60,742 bases of DNA, from IMG/VR virus record IMGVR_UViG_3300010998_000812, one strand, 5' to 3'. The stretch is from an uncultured virus (IMG/VR IMGVR_UViG_3300010998_000812). Lineage: Duplodnaviria; Heunggongvirae; Uroviricota; Caudoviricetes. The position numbers and the translations under genes are program-made. Every line of letters begins with the position of its first letter. Within the stretch, counting starts at the first letter, position 1. Below are positions 1 through 9,943 of this stretch, piece by piece. The notes under the pieces are model-generated. The model saw only the letters and a list, made by a program, of their open reading frames with translations. It did no database searches and was not told where the DNA came from.

Positions 1-591
1 GAGCAGCGGTTTGTTGATATTGTAAGAAGATATGCGGTTGAGTTTCAGAAGCTTATGCCGACCGGATGCAAGACAGAGCGCTTTATAGGGAATGCTTCGC
101 TGAGACCTCCTCAGGTCGGCAGATGCGGAAAAGGTATGCCTTCTTTCAGGAGAGATAATATCATTTTCGTATCCAAGCGAAACATTGACAAGCGGTTTAT
201 AGAGCTTGAAAACTTTGTGCCGGTATATCTTGAGGGCGGCAAGCTTTACTATTGCGGACAAGATAAACCCTCGGTCGATACGCCCATTCAGGTTCGGCTC
301 TATGAGGCACTTCCCAATATCAAATATATGCTGCATTCTCATTGTTATCTTGAAGATGCCCCATACACATCCACTGCGATTCCTTGTGGAGCTATAGAGG
401 AATATGACGAGATCTTAAGAGTGATATACGCAAAGTATGGCGGTTCGCAGACCGAGTCCTTTTATAAGATAAATCTTATTGGGCACGGCAGTATTGTTAT
501 GGCTGACAGCCCTGACAGATTTGAAGATGAACTGCTGAAGTATAAAGCTCGTAAGCTTCCGGAATTTATTCCTAAAGAAAAGACGCATTGA
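1..591 (+). CDS. Class II aldolase/adducin-domain protein, 5'-truncated by the window
   Basis: Frame is open from base 1; PSVDT, HSH and GHG metal-binding motifs typical of class II aldolases. Confidence 0.6.
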   Translation, partial: EQRFVDIVRRYAVEFQKLMPTGCKTERFIGNASLRPPQVGRCGKGMPSFRRDNIIFVSKRNIDKRFIELENFVPVYLEGGKLYYCGQDKPSVDTPIQVRLYEALPNIKYMLHSHCYLEDAPYTSTAIPCGAIEEYDEILRVIYAKYGGSQTESFYKINLIGHGSIVMADSPDRFEDELLKYKARKLPEFIPKEKTH

Positions 592-618
592 ACAAAATAC
601 AGAAAGGAAGGAAAAGAA

Positions 619-874
619 ATGATAACACGGAATGACGCAGAGAGCGTAATTCTTTATATGGCAGATATCGTAGCAGAAAACAGGTATCTGAGAGCACGAG
701 TAGCTGAGCTTAAAAAAGAACGAAAAGAATCTCGGACGGCTGCACGAGTGCTATAAAGCAAACGAAGAGCACACGGCTCTGCTTCTCCATGCAGCTCTTA
801 CGCAACCTGTCGAGAGAGCTCTGGCGTTTGAAAAAGCCATAAAGAGTACTAAAACGACAGATAACCTGAGCTGA
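619..874 (+). pseudogene. Small coiled-coil protein apparently split by a frameshift near the A6 run at 712-717
   Basis: RBS AGGAAGG and ATG at 619; frame stops at 756 while the +1 frame continues as protein-like sequence to a TGA near 874. Confidence 0.35.
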
Positions 875-888
875 AAGAAGGTAACGGG

Positions 889-1353
889 ATGGCTTACAGA
901 ACATACGTAAACGATGTTCAAGTATTCGGTAACAATGAAACACATCCTGAATGGATTGAGTTCATTAAGTCCCAAGGCATAGCGGTCGATGAAGACGATA
1001 TGTACGACGGCGTTATCACAGACTTTATGGCCGCTCTTTCTGTAATTGAAACAGTTGCTTTCAAGATCGAAGATAATTATCGTAAAAACGACAATGACTC
1101 TGTCTTCGATATAAGAGAAGACTACGAATTCTTACAGAAGCAAGCCGACTTTGAACGCAAATATGGAGAAGACAAATATAAAGTATCGCTCTTTGACGCG
1201 AATATCAACAGAGTTCGAAACGGATATGCTTTTTTACCGTTCGCTTTCTATATGGCATGTGTGAATTGCCTTGAAGAAGATGAACATTGGGCATATCCTA
1301 ATCACATGAACTGTTTTAAGGCAAAGAAGCCCATAAGAGTATACGCTCGATGA
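889..1353 (+). CDS. Hypothetical protein, paralog of 4062..4526
   Basis: Shared YRTYVN.VQ.FG and DGVITDFMAALSV motifs. Confidence 0.85.
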   Translation: MAYRTYVNDVQVFGNNETHPEWIEFIKSQGIAVDEDDMYDGVITDFMAALSVIETVAFKIEDNYRKNDNDSVFDIREDYEFLQKQADFERKYGEDKYKVSLFDANINRVRNGYAFLPFAFYMACVNCLEEDEHWAYPNHMNCFKAKKPIRVYAR

Positions 1354-1369
1354 TAAAAGGAGAATAAAA

Positions 1370-2092
1370 ATGTTTGAATGGAAAATCGATGACTATAAGT
1401 TATATAAGGAAGCCAAGGAGTACAATTTTGAGCTGTGTATGTTGCGCATATTCAGTATAGAGAACGAGACATCTGAAAAGGATAAGATTGATTTCGTTGA
1501 CAACTTGACCGACGGTATGCTTTCATATATTCTTAATCTCGCAAACGCATTTGATAAAGACAGCGCCGGCATGCGTAAGGATAAATTCGGCAACGTATAT
1601 CGCAATTCTCTTTTGACTTGGCTTAAGAAGAACGACAAAAGAAATGTGATGATTACTACCACTTTTGGATTTGGAAGCGTGGATACAGAGAAGCTTAACG
1701 ACGGCAAATTCTATTTTCCTAAGTGGTATATAGGAAACATCAATGGGAAAACATATGCATCTGGGGCAACTCATAATGAACGTAGTTATGCAGATCTCGT
1801 CTTTCACTACGTCCTAAAAGATCTTTGCAAAAAAGAGATTGAACACTTTGAAAGTCGTAGTGATTACTATGACATCCTTACACGGGATGCAAAGGCGGTA
1901 TTAAACAGGTATGGAGCCTTTGGATCCAATTTATGTGTTTCGTCCGACGGAACGATATCTGTGTACAAAGATGATCCGTATAAAGAGCAAAGGAAGCTTA
2001 CGGTTGTAGAGCTTAAGTCTCTTGTAGCTAAAGGCTATGAAGCACAAAAGGTGATTAAAGAGCTTTCGAAGGAACATATTGAGTATGATTAA
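1370..2092 (+). CDS. Hypothetical protein, paralog of 4543..5259
   Basis: AAGGAG RBS; shared MFEWK, WLK.ND.R and DDPYK motifs. Confidence 0.85.
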   Translation: MFEWKIDDYKLYKEAKEYNFELCMLRIFSIENETSEKDKIDFVDNLTDGMLSYILNLANAFDKDSAGMRKDKFGNVYRNSLLTWLKKNDKRNVMITTTFGFGSVDTEKLNDGKFYFPKWYIGNINGKTYASGATHNERSYADLVFHYVLKDLCKKEIEHFESRSDYYDILTRDAKAVLNRYGAFGSNLCVSSDGTISVYKDDPYKEQRKLTVVELKSLVAKGYEAQKVIKELSKEHIEYD

Positions 2093-2177
2093 ACCGAAGA
2101 TATAAGAGGATTTTTCAAAAAACACGAAAAGTCTGAAGCTTATAAGAAAATATCGACGTTTGAAAGGAGTAATAACC

Positions 2178-2507
2178 GTGATCGTATATCTTGTCGATGT
2201 GGGCGTATTAATTCACGAAGGAGAACACGAGTTTGAAAGTTATAACTGTGTTTATAATCATAAGTATGGATTCTATGATGAAAACCAGTGGTATGTAAGA
2301 AGTGAGCAGGAAGCTATTGAAGCAGCAAAAGAATATGTTGACTCAGGTGTAGAGAACACATATGCCGTTGTGTCTCAGGAAGAAACAAATGAAGATGAGT
2401 ATGATGATGATTACAGTCCATCGGATCACGAATACATAATGGACAATGTTGTTTATTCATCAGCCAAAATCAACGGTTCAATAGTTGAACATTTCTTAGG
2501 AGAATAA
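2178..2507 (+). CDS. Acidic hypothetical protein
   Basis: AAGGAG RBS before GTG at 2178. Confidence 0.75.
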   Translation: MIVYLVDVGVLIHEGEHEFESYNCVYNHKYGFYDENQWYVRSEQEAIEAAKEYVDSGVENTYAVVSQEETNEDEYDDDYSPSDHEYIMDNVVYSSAKINGSIVEHFLGE

Positions 2508-2687
2508 AAGCTGGAAGATATTAAAGGCGAAATATATTCGCTCTGCGGTTACGAATGAGATAAAAAAGGTTTTTATAGAACTTTCAGATGACGGCGTTAC
2601 AAGTTCCGGAAGAAAAGCGAGCGCAATATGCCGCATCAATCGAGAATAAGAATTGAATACAGCACAAGCATTCTACAGATAAACAGA

Positions 2688-2720
2688 AAGGCGGGACTTC
2701 GGTCTCGCTTTTCTTTTTTT
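2688..2720 (+). terminator. Intrinsic terminator
   Basis: GGCGGGAC-TTCG-GTCTCGCT hairpin followed by T-tract. Confidence 0.8.
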
Positions 2721-2730
2721 GCCCAAAAGC

Positions 2731-2780
2731 TGTGTAAGAACAACAACAGTTTGTGATTTTCCTTGCAGAAAGTCATACTA
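2731..2780 (+). promoter_or_regulatory. Element-specific promoter (TGTGTA box variant plus CATACTA -10) upstream of ncRNA copy 1
   Basis: TGTGTAAGA at 2731 and CATACTA at 2774; same layout at six other loci. Confidence 0.7.
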
Positions 2781-2798
2781 ATAGCAGATAAATAATTC

Positions 2799-2907
2799 GG
2801 GGCAGCTCGATGTCCTTGGGACGATGAAATACCTATCACGCATAGGCAACTCTCGTTAAGGTTAATCTCACAATAGTATTCCTGTGGGCACTTATAATAG
2901 TGCGAGA
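2799..2907 (+). ncRNA. Dispersed structured RNA, copy 1 of 7 (family unassigned)
   Basis: Conserved GCTCGA, GACGATGAA, AACTCTCGT, ATAGTATTCC and CGAGA blocks with covarying stems. Confidence 0.85.
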
Positions 2908-3040
2908 ATGCGTCGCTGATGCTTGCGTCTAAAGGCATCACGAATGTAATAAGCGCCGAGGAAACAAATGTAGCACAGAGTATAGCTAATGATGCCGAGA
3001 TATTGTCACAATTTTCATGCTTGTTGGATACATATCTTTT

Positions 3041-3110
3041 GTTATAAACGGCAAAATGTCATACTAATATTATAGCAATATTTAAGACGAACGGAGTTTA
3101 TGGTCTGTTA
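3041..3110 (+). promoter_or_regulatory. CATACTA promoter with GACGAACGGAG leader and MVC* minigene
   Basis: GTTAT-N14-CATACTA (3060); leader motif at 3086. Confidence 0.65.
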
Positions 3111-3143
3111 ATGCTAAATATGAATGTATGAAAGGAATGAAAT

Positions 3144-3392
3144 ATGAGGTTTTACAAATTTGTCAAAGAAAGGAAAGAAGATCCGCTGTGTTCGGAATAT
3201 GCAAAGATTGCGTCTGAGATGCGTAACTTTCCGGTTGCCAACTATGACAAGCCTACTATCGAAAGTGCAATCAGACGCTACAAGCGTTCCAAGAAAGAAC
3301 CCTTTGATCAAGTAAAGTTCGATATAGTATGGGATTGCTATCTCAAAGCAAATGCCGAAGAACGGATCGATATGTTTCTTGGCTTTAAATAA
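3144..3392 (+). CDS. Hypothetical protein
   Basis: ORF with AAGGA RBS. Confidence 0.7.
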   Translation: MRFYKFVKERKEDPLCSEYAKIASEMRNFPVANYDKPTIESAIRRYKRSKKEPFDQVKFDIVWDCYLKANAEERIDMFLGFK

Positions 3393-3439
3393 GAGACGCA
3401 TCATTATAAAACAATAATAACAGAGAAAGGTGAACATTC

Positions 3440-3850
3440 ATGAAAGAAGCAAGTTTTACCGAAAATAACGGTGTTACAGTAAGAATTGACTACTTGGAGG
3501 TTTTATTCATTACTGCCGAGGTCAAGGCTGTTGACGGAAAGTTTGTTCTGGTAGGAACGACTGATTATGCCGCCGTTTGTAAGGCTGAAGTACCAATACA
3601 GATATGGATAACCGACCGCAGCTATATCCACGACGATCTCGTGCTCGACATCGGGTCATATGCTTCCGGGTATGGGCTTGTTGAATATCAAGATTTCAAG
3701 TCAGACGGTATAATGAAGCAGGAGGTGGCAGAGCAGGTTGATGCATCCATACTGAAGTATTTAGGCGAAATCGAAAAAGCTTGCAGCTATTTGCTGCCGG
3801 CAATAGACAAGAATTTCGTCTATGATGAAGAACAAGGTCGTATATCATGA
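3440..3850 (+). CDS. Hypothetical protein
   Basis: ORF with AAGGTG RBS. Confidence 0.75.
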   Translation: MKEASFTENNGVTVRIDYLEVLFITAEVKAVDGKFVLVGTTDYAAVCKAEVPIQIWITDRSYIHDDLVLDIGSYASGYGLVEYQDFKSDGIMKQEVAEQVDASILKYLGEIEKACSYLLPAIDKNFVYDEEQGRIS

Positions 3851-4062
3851 AAATTGTTAAGAAGACCAGTGCAACAATATGGTGTGAAGTGGTATGTCAA
3901 AAATGCGGCGGAACAGTAGGGTTCCATTATAAGAACAAATCTACCATCTCCGCAATTAAGAAAGCCACTAAAGGCTGGAAAACCATTGACCTTGAAGACG
4001 GCAGCACATATCAGCTTTGCCCGGAATGCATTGAGCTTATAAAAAATGAAAGGATGGAATAA
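3847..4062 (+). CDS. Small Zn-ribbon protein
   Basis: CQKC...CPEC; ATGA overlap with upstream gene. Confidence 0.75.
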   Translation: MKIVKKTSATIWCEVVCQKCGGTVGFHYKNKSTISAIKKATKGWKTIDLEDGSTYQLCPECIELIKNERME

Positions 4063-4526
4063 TGGGCTATAGAACATATGTAAACGAGGTTCAGATATTC
4101 GGAACCAACGAGAGTTATCCTGAATGGCTTGATTTTATAAGATCGCAAGGCATAGTTGTGGATGAAGACGGCGCTTACGATGGTGTGATAACTGATTTCA
4201 TGGCGGCTTTGTCCGTAATGGAATCGATAACTCAAAGGATAGAGGAAAATTATCGCAAGAACGTCAATATAGGTTCTGTATTCGACTTAAGAGAAGACTA
4301 TGCTTATCTTCGAAAACAGGCTGCATACGATCCTAATGACGAAGATAAATTTAAAATATCGCTTTTTGACTTAAATGTAAATTCTGTGATGCAAGGTTAT
4401 GCTTTTTTCCCGTTTGCGCTATATTTTGCTTGCGCAGATAAGCTCATAGAAGAAGAACACTGGTCGTATCCGAATCATATGCATTGTTTTAAGCTTAAGA
4501 AGCCTATAAGAGTATATGCGAACTGA
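4062..4526 (+). CDS. Hypothetical protein, paralog of 889..1353
   Basis: High visible similarity over the full length. Confidence 0.85.
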   Translation: MGYRTYVNEVQIFGTNESYPEWLDFIRSQGIVVDEDGAYDGVITDFMAALSVMESITQRIEENYRKNVNIGSVFDLREDYAYLRKQAAYDPNDEDKFKISLFDLNVNSVMQGYAFFPFALYFACADKLIEEEHWSYPNHMHCFKLKKPIRVYAN

Positions 4527-4542
4527 AGAAAGGAATAAGAAA

Positions 4543-5259
4543 ATGTTTGAATGGAAAGTTGAAGAAACAGCTCTCTTAAACGAGAAAAGAAGACGTGGAG
4601 CTAATGGCAAATACAGATATGCAAATCAATATATCTTTGACGCAGAAACCGGGACCTTAAGAGAAGATAAGATAGCCTTTGTTGACAGTATGACCGGTGG
4701 TATGCTTACATATCTCCTTAAGCTTGCTAAAAAGCTTGATGCCGAAAGAGACAAAATGCCCAAGGATAAATGGGGGTCGATACGCACGAACTCGCTTCAG
4801 GCTTGGCTTAAGCGCAACGATATGCGAGGAGTATGCGATACTGATGCATATTTCGTCGGTAAGATACGCACACGAGCTTATGAAGAATGTGCATACGCTC
4901 TTCCGGACAGGCACATTCAGTCTCTCAACGAAAAGAATAGTTATGAATACTACGAGGATTATGTCAATGAGGCGTTTCACAAGGTCCTTTACGAGCTTTG
5001 CGACGAGGAGCAGGCGTACTACGAAAGTCATGACGAGTACTGCATACTCGCCCAGAAAGCTAAAGAGGTCATACACACATACGGCTCATTCGGCGGCAAT
5101 ATATACACATCCTCCAACGGAGAGATAGGTGTGTATAGAGACGACCCGTATAAGAGCAGCAGACCTCTCACGAAAGAGGAGCTTGAAGTCCTTATTGAAA
5201 AGGGAAGAAAGGTAAAAGAGTTTATGGACGAACTGTCCAAGGATCCTATTGCCTACTGA
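4543..5259 (+). CDS. Hypothetical protein, paralog of 1370..2092
   Basis: Start placed at MFEWK by comparison with the paralog. Confidence 0.85.
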   Translation: MFEWKVEETALLNEKRRRGANGKYRYANQYIFDAETGTLREDKIAFVDSMTGGMLTYLLKLAKKLDAERDKMPKDKWGSIRTNSLQAWLKRNDMRGVCDTDAYFVGKIRTRAYEECAYALPDRHIQSLNEKNSYEYYEDYVNEAFHKVLYELCDEEQAYYESHDEYCILAQKAKEVIHTYGSFGGNIYTSSNGEIGVYRDDPYKSSRPLTKEELEVLIEKGRKVKEFMDELSKDPIAY

Positions 5260-5300
5260 CAAGGACGTACACATCTGATTCAGCATAAACAGACAACACA

Positions 5301-5346
5301 AAGGCAGGGCTACGGCTCTGCCTTTTCTTTTTGAAATATCATACTA
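5301..5346 (+). terminator. Terminator fused to downstream CATACTA promoter (5340)
   Basis: AAGGCAGGGC-TACG-GCTCTGCCTT followed by T-tract, then CATACTA. Confidence 0.75.
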
Positions 5347-5412
5347 TTATAAATGGATATTTGAACATATTGATAATTTCTACATGAATACAAACAGAAA
5401 GAAGGAACTGAA

Positions 5413-7215
5413 TTGAAGAAAATAAGAGAATATATAAGGAAGAACAAAAAGAAAGTAGAAATATGGCTGCTTATTGTTCTAATAATCTATTCATTTATTA
5501 TTGTAATGTCTTTTACTATGTCCCGCCAGAACAAAATAGATGAAATGTCGTATAACACATTCATAGAACATCTGAGCAACGGAGATATAGACACCGTGTA
5601 TTATAACACAACGTCGGAATATATGACAGTGACGTTCTTGAATGATGATACGCGTAGCATGACCAAAGAGCAAAGGGATAAGTATATCTATGCTGACAAG
5701 GACAAGAAATATGTATTATATCCCGGATATGACGAGTTCAGAAAGGAAGTTTTGGAGGCGGGAGCCAATATACAGCGGCTGGTTCCCATTGATATAGCGA
5801 CTATGCTCAGCGCATTGATCTCCTTCGCTTTTCCGCTTATGCTTATAATAATGGTCATGAGAATGATGAAGGGGCAAATAGGAAGCCTTGACAAAAAGGA
5901 ACTCGTGCAGACCAGCGATGTAAAGTTCAGCGATATCATAGGTCTTGAGGAGATACTTGATGACGTTAAATTTGTGACTGAACTTATAAAAGATCCTCAG
6001 AAGGGCGATAAAATAGGAGCCAAAGCGCCGAAAGGTCTGCTCCTTGTCGGACCACCGGGCACGGGAAAGACACTGATTGCCAAGGCTATAGCAGGAGAGG
6101 CAGGCGTTCCGTTTCTTTACCAGAACGCATCATCTTTTATCGAGATGTATGTAGGACTTGGAGCAAGGCGCGTCCGGGAGCTGTTCAAAATAGCAAGGCA
6201 AAGCGCCCCGTGTATCATATTCATAGATGAAATTGACGCAATAGGCGGCAACAGGAGCAGCGTTAAAGGCACTTCAGAAAACGACCAAACGATAAACGCA
6301 TTGCTTCAGGAGATGGACGGCTTCAACGGCAGAGACGGAGTATTCATAATAGCTGCAACAAACAGGGTAGATATACTTGACCCGGCATTGATAAGATCGG
6401 GGCGTTTCGACCGGCAGATCATAGTTAATCCTCCGAGGGATTGGCATATCCGCAAGGAGATGTTCAAGCATTATCTGTCAAAATTTACTGTAGATGAAAA
6501 TATAGATATCGAAAGTATAAGTAAACAGGTTGCCGGATTTTCCGGGGCGGATATCGCTATGGTATGCAACGAAGCGAGCATTATAGCTGTTATGAAGGAA
6601 AAGGATAAAATAGACATTGATTGTCTTGAGGAAGCAATAGACAAGAAGATATTTAAAGGAAACAGAGCAAAGAAGAAGTCTCACGAAAAGGACCGCGAAA
6701 TCGTTGCGTATCACGAGGGAGGTCATGCTGTAATGACCTATCTCCTTGGCGAACCCATAGCAAGGGCGAGCATACAGTCTACAATATCCGGTGTCGGAGG
6801 TGTGGTTTTCAGAGAGGAAAAGGACACACTCTTTGAGACTAATAAGGATTACAAGCATACCGTACTTATAGCGTATGCAGGCAGAGCGTCAGAAGAGATA
6901 AAGTTCGGAGATGTAACTACGGGGGCAAGCAACGACATAACACAAGCTACCAATGCTATGCTTCAGTACATAGAACACTTGGGCTTTGACTCCAAATTCG
7001 GGCTTTTGGACATATCAGTGCTTAATCAGGAACATTTGGTTAGCGGCGAGAGTACGGTAGAGAAGCTTAGTGCTATGTCTATAGAGCTTTATAAGGAATG
7101 CAAGGAGCTTCTTGTTAAGAATTATGATATGGTAGAAAAACTCGCACAGAAACTTCTCGAAAAAGAGTCATTATCTGGTAGCGAGATTGAAGAACTATTG
7201 GCGAAAGTGGAATGA
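5413..7215 (+). CDS. ftsH: ATP-dependent zinc metalloprotease FtsH
   Basis: Two TM segments, Walker A GPPGTGKT, Walker [27 protein letters not shown] zinc motif, TTGASND. Confidence 0.95.
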   Translation: MKKIREYIRKNKKKVEIWLLIVLIIYSFIIVMSFTMSRQNKIDEMSYNTFIEHLSNGDIDTVYYNTTSEYMTVTFLNDDTRSMTKEQRDKYIYADKDKKYVLYPGYDEFRKEVLEAGANIQRLVPIDIATMLSALISFAFPLMLIIMVMRMMKGQIGSLDKKELVQTSDVKFSDIIGLEEILDDVKFVTELIKDPQKGDKIGAKAPKGLLLVGPPGTGKTLIAKAIAGEAGVPFLYQNASSFIEMYVGLGARRVRELFKIARQSAPCIIFIDEIDAIGGNRSSVKGTSENDQTINALLQEMDGFNGRDGVFIIAATNRVDILDPALIRSGRFDRQIIVNPPRDWHIRKEMFKHYLSKFTVDENIDIESISKQVAGFSGADIAMVCNEASIIAVMKEKDKIDIDCLEEAIDKKIFKGNRAKKKSHEKDREIVAYHEGGHAVMTYLLGEPIARASIQSTISGVGGVVFREEKDTLFETNKDYKHTVLIAYAGRASEEIKFGDVTTGASNDITQATNAMLQYIEHLGFDSKFGLLDISVLNQEHLVSGESTVEKLSAMSIELYKECKELLVKNYDMVEKLAQKLLEKESLSGSEIEELLAKVE

Positions 7216-7368
7216 GAGCGCCTCCGTAAACCACCCAGCTACAAGCACCGAGTTTCCATCACCAACAAGGAGCTGTCTGAAAGGACGGCTCTTTTCTCTG
7301 TGTTAACAATCATACTATTATAAATGGATACGCAATGTCCAGAAATTCAATAAAAGGGGTTTTGAACA

Positions 7369-9096
7369 ATGAACGATTTAAGAAAGAAAAGGATAAGGAA
7401 AGCAGCTGCCATAGCGATGGCTTTAACTATGCTGACATCTACAATGTCAGTGGCGGCAAGCGCTGAAAACGTCATCTCCGGCGGAAATAGCACTTCAAGC
7501 AGAAGTACATCTCCTGAAGAGATAAAAGTGCCTGAGATGGATGAGACTGAGTGTTACTTAGGTCCCGCAATAGCTGCTTATCCTTTGGAAGAGGGCTTAC
7601 TGAGTATAACTACCGGAAATACGGGCAGCAATTGGACGCAGCACTGGATTACGCCCTATGAGACCGACAATAATCTTCCGGATACCTTCTATACGCTTGA
7701 GGAAACGACTGTTGACACGGGAATGTCGTACACACTCTTTGATGCTGATGGAAATGTCCTGATGACATGGATAGAGGAGGTTCCACCTCCGACATTTACA
7801 ACTCCGGATCCTATCTGCGGATTAGGCTTCACGATTACCAAAATCACACCGGCGGAATGGGAAAGCAGGGAAGTCGAGGAAAGAAGAATAATGGCTGAGA
7901 ACGGAGAGATAGACTACAAGTTAGGCTATAAGCTCCTCGATTCACTCTATGAAGAGGCAAACGCGTACACAAGAGCTGCCGATTTCTATAAAAAGAAGTC
8001 AACAGAATTAAAGAAAACAGCAAAAGAAGCAGGTACAATCAAGGATAATCTTACTGAAGCTTTTACAGACGAGCAGGAGGAGAGCATCGACGAGTTTATC
8101 GCCGAATGCAATAGAGAGGCAAGTTACTTCACAAAGCGGGCAAAGTCCTTTAAAAGCGTACTTAAGTCTGTTAATACGGAAATAGATAGACTTCACAAGG
8201 CACTTGATGCTATCCCGTATGCAGGAGAGAATGAAGAGGATATCAAGCTTACCTACCTTGCTCCTGCTTTCGAGGGAGAAAGCCACTCGATAAACTATAA
8301 GACCACATGGGCTCCCGACAATGGTTTCTTCGGCTTCTGGAGCAGCTATCAGCTTGATGAAGCATTGGACATTGATAATGACGATGAACACATAACAAAG
8401 CGCAGCAGAGGTGTCACAGAGCTGTCGGGGGATGTATCTCTGCTTATAACACTCAGCAGCAATCCCGGATTACCTTACGAATTATCTGATGCTGACGGTA
8501 GCTCTTATTATGTTTCGTACATAGACGGCAAAGTTTATACCGTTGATGAAGACGGGAACAAGCTCAGCAGAAGAACAGCGTTCAAAATCAAAGACGCTTT
8601 AGGTAGGATAGCTGAATACTACTCTGTCGAAAACAGAGAAACAGTATTACAGTCAGTTCTCGAAGAGGTGCTTGTGTACGAAACAGCCGAAGATTTTTAC
8701 GAAGTTAAGGCTGAAGAGTTGAAGGAAATCGTATCTCTCTTGAAGGATTACAGAAAGCAGAACAAAGATACGCTCTCCAAGGAAGCAAGGAAGACGCTCA
8801 ATTCTTATATCAATGTGTATAATAAGTCAGCATCATACTATACAGAGCGTGCGAAGACAATGAAGAGCCTTCTCAAGACAGCAACAAAGGAAGGGGATAG
8901 ACTTTTCTCGTTAGTTGAAGTTGTTGTCGGAGAGTTAGGTCATACCGGAGAATTCGGTTTCTGGAGGAACACACTCAAAGAAGGCGACTTGTATCCCATC
9001 TATATGTTCCCGGAGAGAGACGAAAGCGAAGGCTGGGACTCGATGTCAGGATGTGGAATGACCTACGACGAGAACGGAAACCTCATATATAGATAA
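7369..9096 (+). CDS. Secreted protein with two internal helical repeats
   Basis: Signal peptide ending in ASA; repeated A.DFY..K..ELK...AS(Y)(F/Y)T.RAK...DRL...FGFW module; CATACTA promoter at 7311. Confidence 0.8.
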   Translation: MNDLRKKRIRKAAAIAMALTMLTSTMSVAASAENVISGGNSTSSRSTSPEEIKVPEMDETECYLGPAIAAYPLEEGLLSITTGNTGSNWTQHWITPYETDNNLPDTFYTLEETTVDTGMSYTLFDADGNVLMTWIEEVPPPTFTTPDPICGLGFTITKITPAEWESREVEERRIMAENGEIDYKLGYKLLDSLYEEANAYTRAADFYKKKSTELKKTAKEAGTIKDNLTEAFTDEQEESIDEFIAECNREASYFTKRAKSFKSVLKSVNTEIDRLHKALDAIPYAGENEEDIKLTYLAPAFEGESHSINYKTTWAPDNGFFGFWSSYQLDEALDIDNDDEHITKRSRGVTELSGDVSLLITLSSNPGLPYELSDADGSSYYVSYIDGKVYTVDEDGNKLSRRTAFKIKDALGRIAEYYSVENRETVLQSVLEEVLVYETAEDFYEVKAEELKEIVSLLKDYRKQNKDTLSKEARKTLNSYINVYNKSASYYTERAKTMKSLLKTATKEGDRLFSLVEVVVGELGHTGEFGFWRNTLKEGDLYPIYMFPERDESEGWDSMSGCGMTYDENGNLIYR

Positions 9097-9128
9097 GCAG
9101 AAAACCGATATGGAAAGGCAATATAGTT

Positions 9129-9755
9129 ATGGCAAACGCATATTCAGACGGGGTTAGGTATGGATACATAGAGTTTGTAGACCATATTCCGGCAAATAAG
9201 GAAGAGAAACCGAAAGTATTGGCTTTGGTCGGGGAATATTCGATTGAACTGCCAAATATCGACGGCTTCAAGGCAAAGGACGTATTGGATGTATTTACCG
9301 TAGATGAAATCGGGGTAAATATCGAGAGAGCTGTAATAGAAGCCAACGGCGAAGAGGACGAAACCCTCATGCTGAGCATGAAGGAGGACGAACAAACGCT
9401 GTTCGAGTACAATCCTCAGCTTATTGAGGTCGATAGAGCGGTGGCTGGGCTTAAGATGGCTGTAATCGGAACCGGCTGGTCAATAGACCATTATTATAGG
9501 GAGTTCGGAGAAGACGGAGATCCCAAGGTAGTGGTAGTGACCTTCCTCAAGCCCTTAGATATGACCGATGAGGGTAAGGTGATATGGAGCAACGCCAAAT
9601 TCACTCTTCCGGTTCCGGATAAAGCCAACTTTATACAAATTATAGACTTTTTCGGCGAAAAGATACGGGAAATGACCGATATAGTCGGCAAAGACAGGGA
9701 ATGCGTGAAAAACGCTTGGAAACAGCTGGATATGTGTATCAAACGGACACATTGA
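9129..9755 (+). CDS. Hypothetical protein; C-terminal domain shared with 11013..11891
   Basis: AVIGTGWSIDHYYREFGE versus ALIGYGADWVISHHYEDIGE. Confidence 0.8.
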   Translation: MANAYSDGVRYGYIEFVDHIPANKEEKPKVLALVGEYSIELPNIDGFKAKDVLDVFTVDEIGVNIERAVIEANGEEDETLMLSMKEDEQTLFEYNPQLIEVDRAVAGLKMAVIGTGWSIDHYYREFGEDGDPKVVVVTFLKPLDMTDEGKVIWSNAKFTLPVPDKANFIQIIDFFGEKIREMTDIVGKDRECVKNAWKQLDMCIKRTH

Positions 9756-9780
9756 CAACTTAAGTGTTATATGATATAAT
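9752..9780 (+). promoter_or_regulatory. Consensus sigma-A promoter with extended -10
   Basis: TTGACA-17 bp-TATAAT with TG at the extended -10 position. Confidence 0.85.
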
Positions 9781-9785
9781 AAATG

Positions 9786-9876
9786 ACGAGAGTAGCCGGT
9801 CTTCGGAGGTTTGCCCGGTGATCTCATTGCCACGAAAGGAACAGTCCTTAAGGAAACTTAGGGACTGTTTCTATTT
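9786..9876 (+). ncRNA. Candidate ~90-nt sRNA
   Basis: ORF-less GC-rich segment between the sigma-A promoter and the terminator at 9839-9876. Confidence 0.5.
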
Positions 9877-9943
9877 GTTTGCAGGGCATCCGAGCAATCA
9901 TACTAATATAGGGTAATTCCCCTCAAATATTGGTGTAGAGGGA

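Noticed and set aside
2799..2907. Repeated element as a SAM-I riboswitch, glmS or hammerhead ribozyme
   Set aside because: Only short words match (GATGAA, GGCAAC, GACGA); the required cores and stem topology are absent
9781..9850. Hammerhead or c-di-GMP-I riboswitch
   Set aside because: TGACGA is not preceded by C and GAAA does not directly follow the stem; the minus-strand GGCAAACC lacks the rest of the GEMM motif
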